Notes under the pieces: generated by a model
Database searches by the model: none
What the model was told of the DNA's origin: nothing
What the model saw: the letters and a program-made list of their open reading frames with translations, nothing else
From: Cystobasidiomycetes sp. EMM_F5
Taxonomy: Eukaryota
Length of the DNA stretch: 64,000 nt
Direction of reading: 5' to 3'
Assembly (NCBI GenBank): GCA_051047955.1
Contig: JBPGPT010000001.1
Coordinates: 682,001-746,000 of the forward strand
Program-made: the position numbers and the translations under genes
Shown here: piece after piece, positions 1 to 14,470 of the stretch
How positions within the stretch are numbered: the stretch's first letter is position 1
Layout: every line of letters starts with the position of its first letter

Positions 1-770
1 GCTGCGCGGTTCAAGAGTGAGTATCAACTAAACAGATACCTGCCTGACCTTGCATTGTTACTCACCTGTTTGCCTTATTGTGTGTCATTGCCGCCGCAGC
101 CGAAACACCCATAGATTACGACGTACAATGCGGTGTACTCAATGAAGATGATTTGCCATGCCGCAGGTCGTTGACATGCAAGACGCATGGCATGGGAGCA
201 AAGCGAGCAGTCCAAGGGCGTTCAAAATCATTCGATACCGTTCTTGTCGAGTTTCAAAAGACGAAAGAAGCCAAAAAGGCCAAGCAGCGAGCAGAGAATG
301 AACTTCGAGAGAAGCAACTTGCGGAATCTTCTGCCAATGGTACTAGCGCACCTGTTGCTGGTGGATCAAAATCGAAAGGAAGTGGTGGTGGTGGAAGCGG
401 GACGAAATCTGCTGCTGGCGCAGTTGCTGGAGAGCCTTCTTCCGGCAAAAAGAAGAAGACGGGAGAGGGCAAGAGTAGCAAAAACAAGGCTGCTGCGCGT
501 AACAAAGCAGATCTAATATTGGGCGAAGTCGACGATCCGCCTGTGGCGGCATTGGTCGACAGCTACTCTGCCAATAATATAGAAGAGGAGGCACCGGACA
601 GCGAAGACGAGGTCGATCAACTGCTTCTTGCAGTCTTGCATACCCGGCCAGAACCTCTGGCTACTCATTCTTTCCCCTCGTATATCCGCAATACGTCAAA
701 GGTTACAAGATATCGCGATACGTTTGAGACAGCCTTTACGGGACGGACACTATCCTCTGCAGCAAGCTGA
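1..770 (+). CDS. SGF73: SAGA deubiquitination module subunit Sgf73/ataxin-7 (SCA7 zinc finger); 5' end lies outside the window
   Basis: PIDYDVQCGVLNEDDLPCRRSLTCKTHGMGAKRAVQGRS matches the SCA7 Zn-finger; the later DSEDEVDQL..RPEPLA segment is typical of fungal Sgf73; intron GTGAGT..CAG at ~18-99. Confidence 0.9.
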
Positions 771-900
771 CGCGTTGAATGGCAATGGGCACCAACATTG
801 TATTTTAAGATTTCCATCAGTACTTGTAGCCTGTCTACTTTGTATTATGCAAATATTGCCATGCGGTAGTATATGATGATATCCGAGACAGCCTGATACT

Positions 901-1928
901 TCACGCATCCTCCTTCTCGTAGAGGTCACCACGGTCGTCAAGCTCTAGTATACTTTCGAACTTCGCTTCCACCTGTTCCCAGACCTCGTCTTTCGGCCAT
1001 TCAGCAGTAATCTGAATCACTCAACTCAGTATTCCGCGAATTGCTTTGATTTGCTCAGACCGACCTCGATGATATTGCCCTCCAATCTGTATCGCTTGAC
1101 AATGGCTTCAGAGTCTTTCGTAAACTTGGCCCAGGCAGCTTTTGCTGTTTCTCGCGCATCTCCTTCTTTCACCCTCGCTAAGGCTTTGTCTTGGTCGAGG
1201 TCAAGGAAGATCACAAGGAGGACCCGAACGACCTGAATCCAAAGATGATTAAAACGAAGTGGGTATGATAATCTCGCAACAAACCCACCTCCTTTTCGAA
1301 GGCTTGTGATTCTGAGAGTGTTACGGGAAAGCCTTCGACGATGAGACGTGGCTTTTGCTGTCCAGTGTTGCTTGATATACGATCTTGCAGCTGTTGTTTT
1401 AGATTGTCCGCACCTGAACGATAGTTCATCATGAGCTTGTCATTGGTAAGACCGAACGACTTACTCTGAAGATGCTCCAGCCCGAAGCGCTCGACAATAT
1501 TTCGTATTTGCGTACTCTTCCCAGATGCTGGTCCACCTTTTACGACCGGTCAGTTTTGACCCGGGATTCTAGAAATTTGATTTGTAAATACCTATCACGC
1601 AAACGAGGCCAACTTCGTTCTTGGTGAATGCTGGATTTGCTCCCTTTGATGAAGGTGAGTCTGCTCGAAGCGGAGTCGCAAAGTATAGGCCTGTTGCGGC
1701 TAACAGCAAGCCAATCGCACCGAAAGTGAGGGGTCTTCGCCTTTGCTTCAACGAAGCAGAGAATATGCTGGTACTAGAAGAATAATATCGTGACGATTGG
1801 AATGCCGAGCGGGGCAATATACGATGGGGATGTAAGCGTGATGTCATGGAAGAGGGAGTTGTGTAGACGCGACACATATGCGATGGGGAACATGAAAGTT
1901 TTCGAAACATGATATTGGAAGCTACCAT
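901..1928 (-). CDS. Adenylate/UMP-CMP kinase-like protein with putative mitochondrial presequence and TM anchor (degenerate, 4 introns)
   Basis: Spliced reading: VGLVCVIGGPASGKSTQIRNIVERFGLEHL (ADK P-loop), LIVEGFPVTLSESQAFEKE (DGFPR-like), VIFLD. N-terminus is Arg/Ser-rich, followed by FGAIGLLLAATGLYFA. Confidence 0.75.
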
Positions 1929-2187
1929 CTTGCTTTGATTTGCAGAAGCGGTGGATAGAGGCAACAAGCTTGACGCGATTTAGAAAGTCGTGATCACTTC
2001 CCATGAGTTTGTGGCAAAGACAGACGGCCACTCATTCAACTGCTGCGTTGGGCTCGGCAAGCGTTCTGGGCAGCCTGAACCAATCACAACGGATTCCAGC
2101 TAAACAAATTTACAGCCTCAACTTTGACAAAAGCCCGACGCCATCAAACCAAACATCGGAAATCGGACAGCTACAAGTAGAATTGGG

Positions 2188-3348
2188 TCAGACTACGATG
2201 GATGCGTCTGGTTTTGCCATCGCGGCAGAGGGACGTGACACGTTGTACATCTCTGTGGCATCTACGTCTGGAGTGAGTTCCCAATCTAAGAAGGCCAGTT
2301 CAGTTCTATTGTATGTTGGCAACAGGAGGGCGAGATGACATACAGTGAATCCAGTGTAGGACGCGATAGAGTAAAGCGGCCAAGACTGCTCCCAGCGACG
2401 GTCCTACCCACTGCACCTCGAAATTAGCGCCTGTCTGCAAGATTCGGACCGTTGACGCACATATATCCAGTGAGATCCCACGAATGTTGCAGTAGCGACT
2501 GCTGGACCGAAAGCACGTGCAGTATTCACAGCACCTCCAGTGTAATGTATACCTGCGAGCTGTGTACCGAAGAGAGCGAGACCAATGGCGATGGGTCCGA
2601 GAGGGGTTGTAGTGTGCTTCTCCACTGCAATCATGGCTACGCAAATGCATAAACCGAAAGTCAAAAACATCTCTGCAAAGATCGGAACATTATTAGCCCC
2701 GGAACGTCTTCGTTGTGTATCGATTGTATGCTTGCCCAAGAACAGGGCTTGGACAACGCTGGTACCGTTCGACGGTGCGCAATTGACTTGCAGATCTCCA
2801 GGCAGCAGACCGGACAATGCTGCTGCTGCACAGATAGCTCCGAGTAGCTTCAGGTAAATGACATATCAGAAATGCCTACCAATCTAGCAGTTTATAAATA
2901 AGCTTACCTGCGCGAGAACATACATCGCGAAACGTAATGGAGTTATGGCTTTCAACAGGCATAGCATCAAGGCCTGTATACGAAGGTGCACCCATTCTAA
3001 CGACCGACCGTGAGATGCATAGGCTAAGCGGACTTACCACCTGTGGGTTGAACGCTGCCCCGGTTATGCGATAGAATATCCAGGCGGAGAAGAGCAGCGA
3101 AATGCCAAAAGATGTAGCTGCCATCAGAAGGAAGACGGTCGAGTTGTCCGAGGCACCATTAAGACCGTCTCTTGCAGCTTGGACACCGCAGAAAGCAAAG
3201 AAGAGGTAGACGAATGTACCGAGAAACTCGCCTACTGCAGCCTGCGCACGGAGATCAGCAAATTCCGAAAAAGGCGGAAATGGAAGAGACGAACCGCAGC
3301 GTCGGCGCGCCAGTCGTTGTGTTTGAATAGGCGCGTCGGATGTGTCAT
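2188..3348 (-). CDS. Aquaporin (MIP family), copy 1
   Basis: MTHPTRLFKHNDWRADAA|AAVGEFLGTFVYLFFAF, ITGAAFNPQV, FAEMFLTFGL, YTGGAVNTARAFGPAV, HWIYWVGP; multiple GT-AG introns. Confidence 0.9.
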
Positions 3349-4055
3349 TGTGGAAGCTGTGCTCCGGCGTAATAGGTGAAGATATCCCGGATGATGGAAC
3401 TTCAACCTGCCTTTGCACGTCGAACTCTGCTACTAAAACGAGAGAAACGAAGCCGACAGCGCTTCCCCAGCGTGGATCAACCCGCTTGCTCGCTTCCGCC
3501 TCCGCATCGAAAGATTTCGTGTTCAACCGATGTGTCAGGCGACCGTCAAACGCCAAACGGAGCTGGACGGAGTGGAATCAGAGACACGGCCCGTTGTAGA
3601 TTGAGATTTTCCATATTGATAGGAGGTCTATGCTGGCTTCTATCCCATTTGCATAGCCCTTCCTGGTGAAATTGTTCTCCTCAAAGCAAAATCATTGTAG
3701 GAGACGAAAGCCTTTCCGGCAGAGGGTAGCCGCTATCTTCGTTGCAGGGTGTATCTGACGTCAGCAATAGTACACGTTGTGTAAACAAGCCGCTGTAATT
3801 CAGGTTGGTTAGTCTGTCAGAATTAAAAGCCAATAGGTTAACGCAGATCGCCGAACCAGGCTAAGTAAAACGTATGCGCGCAGAATAATTATCGCTACAC
3901 TAGAAGAGAAAGGCAGAAGATGTGAATCCCGATGACTCAGGGTAAAAGTATAGATATTGTCTAAGGACTGCCGGAATTGTGGACCCTTATGCGCGCTATT
4001 CGCTTTGGGCGAGTCTCGGAGACTGTGTCGAACTGAGACTGCTTTCAGTCAGAAT

Positions 4056-5345
4056 TTATACCCTGTTGGCTCCTGCTTGCGGATGGTCATTTTGCGCCTT
4101 TTCAGCAGTGCTGTTAGTCTGAGCATCTGCTCCTGGCGTAAGTTCCCAGTCTGGGCGGTAAGATCCACTGTCAGTACACTATTCTAGCCACGACAAGACT
4201 TCATACGCACAGTGAACAGCGTGCATGACTTTGTACAAGCCAGCAGCCAGTAAAGCACCGAGTGAAGGACCCACCCACTGTAAACGGGTAAAGAATACGA
4301 AAAGCTCAGTACGATACCAACTTAGGTCTGCACATAGTCATCAGCTCACATAGATCCAGTGGGCTCCAGTAAAATCCTTTGAGGCAACGGCCGAACCAAA
4401 GGCACGAGCTGTATTGACGGCCGCTCCGGTGAATTGTATACCCGCAAGCTGGGTAGAGAAGAGCGCCAATCCGATAGCAACAGGTCCTAGGGGAGTTGTC
4501 TTGTTCTTCTCAACAGCAGTCATGATTACCGCCATACACAAGGCAAAAGTCATGAACATCTCTGGTGTTGACAAAGCAGTCAGAAGAAATGCCGATGTTT
4601 CGTGCCCATCACAACAGACTTACCATAGAACAGACCCTGTGCGATTCCTGTTCCATTAGATAGCTCGCAGTTGACTTCGAGTGGACCAGGCAGTAGACCG
4701 CTGAGAACGCCTGCAGCTGCCATTGCACCGAGTAACTGGTAAGCAGGCAAGTAAAGGTGAGCGAGCTCAGAGCGCTGCCCAAAAGGAGCGAACGCACTTG
4801 CGCTACCGCATACATGACGAAACGGACAGGGGAGATAACGCCAATGACACAGAGCATGAGAGCCTTCCGGGCGCAATGAAGAGAACGGTGAGTAGGGACA
4901 TAAATCGCCGTTCGAAAATAAGTATATCTCACAATGTTGGGGTTAAAGGCGGCTCCAGTGACTCTGAAGAATATCCAAGCGGAGAAGAGGAGGGCGATAC
5001 CCATCGACGTTGCCGACATGAGCAGGAAGACTGTCGCGCCCGACGGACCAGCCGCGGCTGTCGCAGAACGAGCCGCTTGAATACCGCCGAGGCCCAGCAG
5101 GAGAAAGGTGAAGGTGCCTGTGTGAATGAGGAATCCGTGTCAGCCATCGACATCATCAGGATATGCGAGCAATCAGGTGCGCACCGATAAATTCACCCAT
5201 TGCGGCCTAACAGGTCCACAAGAGAGTGCGATACTGTTAGGATACTACATCCCCACCTCGACACGTACTTCGGCAGAGGACTCACAATACAATCAGCCCT
5301 CCAATCTCCCTTTCCAAACAAGCGATGTCTGGGTCTGTCTGGCAT
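4056..5345 (-). CDS. Aquaporin (MIP family), copy 2, tandem paralog
   Basis: MPDRPRHRLFGKGDWRADCI|AAMGEFIG, VTGAAFNPNI, EMFMTFAL, FTGAAVNTARAFG, HWIY|WVGP; closely collinear with copy 1. Confidence 0.9.
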
Positions 5346-6145
5346 GATGTGGATGTCTGGACGTGAGAGGGTGTTTCGCTACAGCCGAGTGCAATTCGTG
5401 TGGTGATTTGAATGCGACGATGAGAACGTCGTGTATTCGTTCTGTAAGATAATTGCTTGAGGTCACAGTTTTGGAAGGAACGGCTACGCGATGTTGGCAG
5501 ATTGCTGCACCTTTCTAGACTGTGATCGCTGTCGAAGTTCTGGCCCGTCTTTCAGTCTGACAAACCCTTACGTACGTTCTTCTCGGGTCCATCGGAACCC
5601 TGAAACGGTCAGTGAGGTCAGCGCGCGACAGCTTATACGCGTGAGGACATGAAAACTGCATATCTCCCGATGCGCATGAAACGGGGGATTCCTCCTGTCG
5701 TGCTGCGAGGCGATTGGTCGTCTACGCGAATTTTGCAACGTCAGAGACACTGTATTCTTCAAGGTTTGCAAAGGCATTCGGATTAGAATTTGGAGGGAAT
5801 GACGTAGGATCCGCAGAGGTAAGGAAAGGGAAGAGGGCAGTCACGGCGGTTCAAAGGTAGTCGCGTCCTAGTCAGGCCATGTCTGCTGGCTTTGCGGCCT
5901 TGTTGACGTGTCGTTGCGATGTGTCTGTAGCGAGCAGATGTCTCATATGCTCGAGGAGGCGTTGACCGTGTATAGTGCTGGACCCGCCGCAAAGTGTCCG
6001 CAGGGAACACAAACAAAGACAGCGTTGACCACTACTTGCGATCATCGTGGTGTAGCAGGATGTGGACGCAGAATGTCCGTTGACTGATCGATTGTGCGAC
6101 GCCAATTACGGTACTTGTTGTCAACCGTGCCGATCTGCTCCCAAC

Positions 6146-7414
6146 ATGACAAATGCAACCTCTTCCAATGCTTCAAGCAGTAATGAGTCTTCCCAGCATG
6201 CGTCCTCGAGCTCGTCAACGTCTCCGTCTCATTACAAGCCTGTCCAACTGACGCCAGAACAGCTACAAAAGTCGACAGCGGAGATTTACCAACAAGAGCT
6301 GAATGGTAGTAACGCTGAGGACATCGTTAACTTTGTCGGAGCACATGCATATCTGTCGGCACGACTTCAATCTACCTACAGAGAGTTCTGCTGACATCGT
6401 AGCAATGCCATCATCAGACGGACGCAACTCGACTACACATATCATAAGGTCCCTACAAAGGACAGACAGAAGCTCCAAGATGGGCTGATGCAAGAGATAC
6501 TATCACAACGGACAGAGGAATGCCAAGCGTGTCATGACGATTTCGACCATCCTCAAGTCTTGTTTACTGCCGGAGCAATGGCGAGCGGGAAAGGGCATAC
6601 ACTTCGACTCTTCTTGAAGAACGGCAAAGCGTCTCTCCCGAAAGATTTTGTTTGGTGAGAAACACTCCCCCGCTGCTGTGCAAGTTTTTAAATTAACATG
6701 AGCCGCACCAGGATTGATCCGGACAAGCTGGCGAGAATGTTGCCGGAAAGACAGCAGTACTTTGACTTTGACAAAGCCAAAGCGCCGATGAGATTACATC
6801 CAGAGGCTTCGATGATGCAGGAGATACTGTGCCTGTACGCGAGGGAACAGAGGAGGAGTCACGTCGTAGACGGCAGTCTAAGTGATGGCGAGTAAGTCGA
6901 GGACAGGTGTCAGCAACATCATTTATTGCTTGTGCTGACTGACGTTCCGTCTTTGCTGGCTTAGATGGTTCAAACAAGTCATGCACCAATATCGCAAAGA
7001 TGGCTACTCCATCGAAATCTTCTTTGTCTTTGCGGATGAAGATGTCATGGAGCGACGAGCCAAAAGAAGAGAAAGGGAGACTGGTCGTAGTACGGACAGA
7101 AAACACGTAGGCGTGACTTTTTCCGACTCTCCACGTTTTCCTACTGATACATAGGGGATGCCTAGATTGAGAGATCAGCACAGGAAGCGCCAAGAAGTGT
7201 ACAAGAGCTAGCCAAGAGGGAACACGTACATCGCGTACGAATTATCGATAACTCGCAAGACGATGACGAGCCGGTAGTGTGCTACGATAGTCAAGGAGAT
7301 GACTGTTTCGAGCAGGACGGAGGCGTCGTGGACGTCTTTAAATGGGTCAAAAAGGGAAATGATGCACGGCACCATAAAGAGGAGGAGCTGAAACAAGGAA
7401 AGAAGCTTGCTTGA
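6146..7414 (+). CDS. Zeta-toxin-like P-loop kinase (spliced)
   Basis: Exons give LDYTYH..RQKLQD, VLFTAGAMASGKGHT (Walker A), WIDPDKLARMLPE, LHPEASMM, VVDGSL, IFFVFADEDVMERRAKRRERETGR; this motif order matches zeta toxin/AAA_33 kinases. Confidence 0.75.
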
Positions 7415-7582
7415 CAGACAGTGATGTATAAAATATCGCAATGCAAAACCCACGAATAAGGCGGTGATCGTATGCTACATGCCCGAACAGCTGGCTCAAC
7501 ACACCTATGCTACAGAACGAAACGCAACCATCACACTGGCATGCATCGACGCATGTGGCATCTTGCGTCAGACGCAAGTCCC

Positions 7583-9590
<2,008 letters not shown>

Positions 9591-9957
9591 GGCTGCAGCG
9601 AGCAACGCAGAGGGCGGTTTTGTAGTGAACGAGAGGGCAAGACACTCCCATCAGAGGGAGCACAGTCTGGCTGACTAAGCAGTAGTAACATCCCTAGTAT
9701 GCGGATGCACGGCTTTGTTAAACTACCAACTAGATGCTCATTAATATTTTGATAATCTTCATTACCATTCTCCGCATTGCATTATTATAATCTATTCCAG
9801 ATAATTGGACTGCTCAATCCATTGTCGCCACTCGCTTGGACACGGTCCGACAGTCTGTGCTTGACTTGACGTTGTCCAATAATTGACAATGGCAATCCAG
9901 CCGTTGCTTGAATATTCCTAACACCCCACTCCTCCCACTGCAGCAAGTCCAACAGCC

Positions 9958-12900
9958 ATGGCAAATCCGTCTCTGGAGCGCAAGATACAGCGACTGCTCG
10001 AGCTGGGGTGCACCAGAGCAGCAGCAAAGAGTGCGCTGAGGGCGAGCAGACTGGACGTTGAAGAGGTGGGGACTCGTAATGATTCGCTAATTGACATACT
10101 ATGTACTGACATGCACTCAAAGGCCGCCGTGCTGATCTGGGACGACAAGCATGCAGACGCCATGGACGTGCCATCCGATGACGAGGGTCTGGGCGAGAAT
10201 AATGGCAACACGACAGCCAGCACGTCCAGAGCGAGGACAGTATCAAGCACATCTCAAGGAGCAGTGGGCGTCGCAGCCTCCAGCAAGGGCAAACAACCTG
10301 CAAAACAGCCGGTGTGTACACATAGGTACCCCTTTACTCGCCAAACGCGACATACTAATGTCTTACCGTACCGAAAGACGCCCGCTGCAGACAGTGATGA
10401 AGATCGACACAACGAGTCTGATGATGACCAACCTGCAAACGACTCGGACGACGACTACCTCCACGACGACGATGATGCCATCTTATCCGACAATGGGAGC
10501 CTAGACCGTGCGTGCAATTGGGTCATTGTTGGCTCACAGATTGCATGTAGACTAAACATCCTCCATCGAATGACAGACGGCGACGGTGACGCGTATGGTT
10601 TCGTGAATATGGCCAAGGACAGAAAGGAAACAATCACAGAAGTCGAAGAACCAGTCAAGCGCGTCTACATTAGTCTTACACAAAGAGGTCAAGCAAACAT
10701 AGCTACAGCGGTGTATACTGAAGAAGCCGAGCTCGTCGGGCAGCAGAGATGTGCGTCACATCCATTCACATTCCATACAACGCTGAACGGAGCGACCCGA
10801 ACTCAGGGATGAGCGGCTGTCCGGAAGGTATGCTTCCTTCCCGTCTTGATGATAGTCTCTGCTAATGAGTTGTTGAAAGGCAATGAGCAGCAGCAACTTT
10901 TTCCCCTGTACAACATGCTAGCAGGCAATCCACTAACCCCGTCAAAATGCGTGAGCGTATCAATTCTACCCTTTATACTCTACGCACGTCTAACATTCCA
11001 CACGGTCAGCCGTACAACTGCGGAGCAGATATCACGCACTACGAATCCGATTTCTTTGCCATGCTTCCCAAATTCAAGTCTTACCTCTCCCGCCTCGCCC
11101 GGACTTGCGTGACGAAGTGCACAAAATGCAGTCAGAGTGTCTGTCTGGCATGTAGCGAGCCCACAACCGTGTCGTGTATCCCAGCGACAGAGGATGTAAT
11201 AATCGACTCCGCCCCGCCAGTGCTCTTGCACTGCCCGAATATGCAGGCTGTCATTCTCGGTGTCGGTCTGTTCAAGGCCAATAATCTCTGTACGTCTAAG
11301 TAATATTGTAGATGTATCGCACGACTGACAAGCTCAAGTATAGGGGACGACATGGTCTCGGGTGCTTCAACCTCAACAGCAGGTGGCGTGACGACCAAGA
11401 AGCGACAACGGGAAGAAACGAATGGTCGAGGTGTGCGTATACGAAACGACGGAATCGGATATGCTGGACCTGGCAATGGAGGGCGCGAGGATGATTCCGG
11501 ACAAAAGGCAATGATCAAGATACAACAGGATCGAGATAACGCTCTGGCAAAATTGTTGTCGCGGGTTCGTGTCTATCTTCCGAACCGCGACAGACCTGGC
11601 GCATTCATGAACTCGGATCAGTGCGTATATTCGAAGTGCAGCAGATAGTGCAAGTTTGTTGAGTGATTCCTGTCGGTAATTTGAATAGCATGCCGGCTGG
11701 TCAGACGTTGGCTCATCTGAGAAGACGATTCAATCCTATCGCCTCGCTACTGCTCAGTGCCGAGTCACTGAGCGACATGAGTGAACGAAAGGAGCTGTGT
11801 AGGCCATTCACGTCACATGTGTAGAAATTTTCAGGCTGACGTTCATTTTTGTGATATCGTTCTTGTGATGTTTCTGCAGATACTGAATTCATGGCGTGGC
11901 TGGAGATAATGAGCGCTCATGAAAATCTCGCTGGCTTGATGGCGCAGGTATGTGGACGATTGCTGCTCAAATGATCGTAAGGCTCATAAATCCATTGAAG
12001 CCAATCATGCGAGCCTCGTCGGTCACATACAAGGACAGTCCAAGCATCGATGCAGTAGCAACGTCGTCAGCAGCATCATCTTCTACTGCAACTGCGCCAA
12101 CGAATCGCGAAAAGGTCATGTGGGTTCCTGCCAACGTTGACGGGGTGCGGAAGCCTGCAATCTAATGGAAACATATACAGTGTCTTTGAAGCCAATCCAG
12201 GACCCCGAGAGCTGCTAGAAGCAATTCTCAAGCAAGTCCAAGTAGCCAAGAAGGTTTCCGAAGCCGCAAAAGCTCGAGATGAGATGCAAGCCGCTGCAGC
12301 TGCCGCAGTTACCGCTAACACCGGCCCAACGCAGCCAACGCAGCCAACACAGAACCCCAATGCCAATCCTGCATTACTCCCTAGTGCCGCCCTCCCCACC
12401 GGCACCCTTGAATCGAAAAGACTCCTCGATTTCTGCGACACTATCACTAAAGCAGTGACACAAATCGATAAGGCGCTCAAGCAGACTCGGCATGGAAAGT
12501 CTGCTCTCAAAGGCATGAACGACATGTCTGGTGGCGAGATTGCATTTGCAAACGCAGATAGTACGATCCGAGGTGAAGCTGCCAATAATATTACGACACT
12601 ATCGGATGAAGTCATCAAGGAACGTTATGTGGCATGGGCCAAAAGCTGCAACTACAGTTACCACGATTGGGAGTTTACCAACGGAGAGTCTGCACCTGGG
12701 ACATTGACAGTGAATTATAAGCATGTGTACTCTGATGATGCAGGCAGGATCAGCTCGTACCCGGCCAGAAACACAGCTTTGATGAAGGAGGTACGCTACC
12801 GCATCGCAAGGGTTGAGCTGGCAACTGACCGACGGCATAATGCACGTAGCACACCGCACTATTGTCGTCGCTGCCAGCTACTTGGGATTCGTCTGTCTTT

Positions 12901-14066
12901 CTGAAAGTGGACGAAAATCGGCCTGACATTATCAAGGTGAGCCCTCGCACAGTGTCGCAGCCTTCATGCTTAGAGCGTCCCACACTAGGGCCTCATTATT
13001 GGTCCAGACAATACTCCTTATGAAGTAAGGTCAATGATTCTGCAAGAGCAATTGAGCTTATTGACCCTGCGATGCCTCGTTAGAACGGTTGCTACCTATT
13101 CGACATTCTTCTCGGCCAGGATTACAACCAGAGACCACCAACAGTCAAAAGCATGACAACTAAGCGTGGACAGTACAGATTGAACCCCAATCTGTAAGTT
13201 CCAGATAATTCTTGATAGAACAGGGATGACGACTGCTGACTGAGCTACGCCCAGCTACGCCGAAGGCAAAGTCTGTCTGTCGCTGCTGGGAACATGGTCT
13301 GGTAGGCGCACTCTTTGCTTAGCATCATTCATACAGACTGACCCACGTTGATGCAGGGCCTGGTTGGGTTGCGGGCAAGAGTACACTTCTGCAAGTCCTT
13401 GTCTCGATCCAAGCCATGATTCTGTGTACTGAACCAATCGGAAATGAACCAGGTGTGATTCGCGTATATCTCACAAAGTGCAGTATCTAATTCACATGGC
13501 TCTGTCTGGCAGGCTTCGAGAAGGATTTAGGCGGGCCTCGTTCGAAAGCGTACAATTGTAACGTTCGACGAATGGCAGCTCACATTGCCATGCTAGAGTA
13601 TCTGAAGTCCCCGCCAGAAGGGTTCGAGGACATCATCGAGACACATTTCCGATTCAAGTCTCGGTCACTACGAGCGCAATTGGAGAAATGGCTCGCCGAA
13701 GACGACGGGAAGCCGTTGATCAGAGTGAGAGCAATTGTCTGTCATGCTTGTCCTCAGATTGACAATCGACGGGTTTCTCTGCAGGACTCCATGTCATGCA
13801 TCCATTCACATTCTCAAAGCTACGCAATGCCTGCCTGGTCAGGACCACCAGGTTCTGCCAATCCGCCTATCGTGCCTGCAACTACCGCAACTGCCGCCAC
13901 CGGTGCCACTGCTCCATCAGCAACTCAGGCAAGTCAGGCTGCGCAGCCACCACCGGCGGGCGGTAGCGGATCTGCTTTCGCAAAGGACGTCACTGCAATC
14001 AAGCAATACCTGTCGCGATTGGAGAAGGGGGAGTCGTTGGCAAAAATCAACGCGTCAGCTAATTGA
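9958..14066 (+). CDS. Large ubiquitin-conjugating enzyme (BIRC6/UBE2O/UBE2Z-like UBC) with N-terminal UBA-like helices and a Cys-rich region; many introns
   Basis: C-terminal exons: LIIGPDNTPYE|NGCYLFDI, RLNPNL|YAEGKVCLSLLGTWS|GPGW..STLLQVLVSIQAMIL..NEP. N-terminus IQRLLELG..AKSALRASRLDVEE. Also CVTKCTKCSQSVCLAC and a GIGYA motif. Confidence 0.85.
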
Positions 14067-14470
14067 ACGAGCCGCAAGGGAGTGGGGCTTATGGCAAGCC
14101 CAACAGCAAGGTTGGGTTTAGCCGCAGAGTCCTCTACGTAGTGGTGTGGGATTCGAAGGGAACGCAGTTTATGAGTCAGGAGGGACCGCAGGGTCTGTGC
14201 AGTGTCTAGCTTCCAAGTGCAGTGCAGTGCAGTTCAAAGGTGTTTTGACATGCCAACATACTGTTTCCGATTGGGCGTGACGGCTTCCAATCCGGGCCTT
14301 TGCGATGTGACAGCAGGTCACGCTTTGTTTTGGAAGCCAACTATTATGACTGCCTGCAAACGCAACAAGTGACACATGCGCTTGAAGAAACCGATGCATC
14401 AAGCAAAGTGCAGACCAGCTGCTGGACAAGAGTGAATGTTCCCCGCAAAGAGGGCAGTCCAGGCAGCAGT

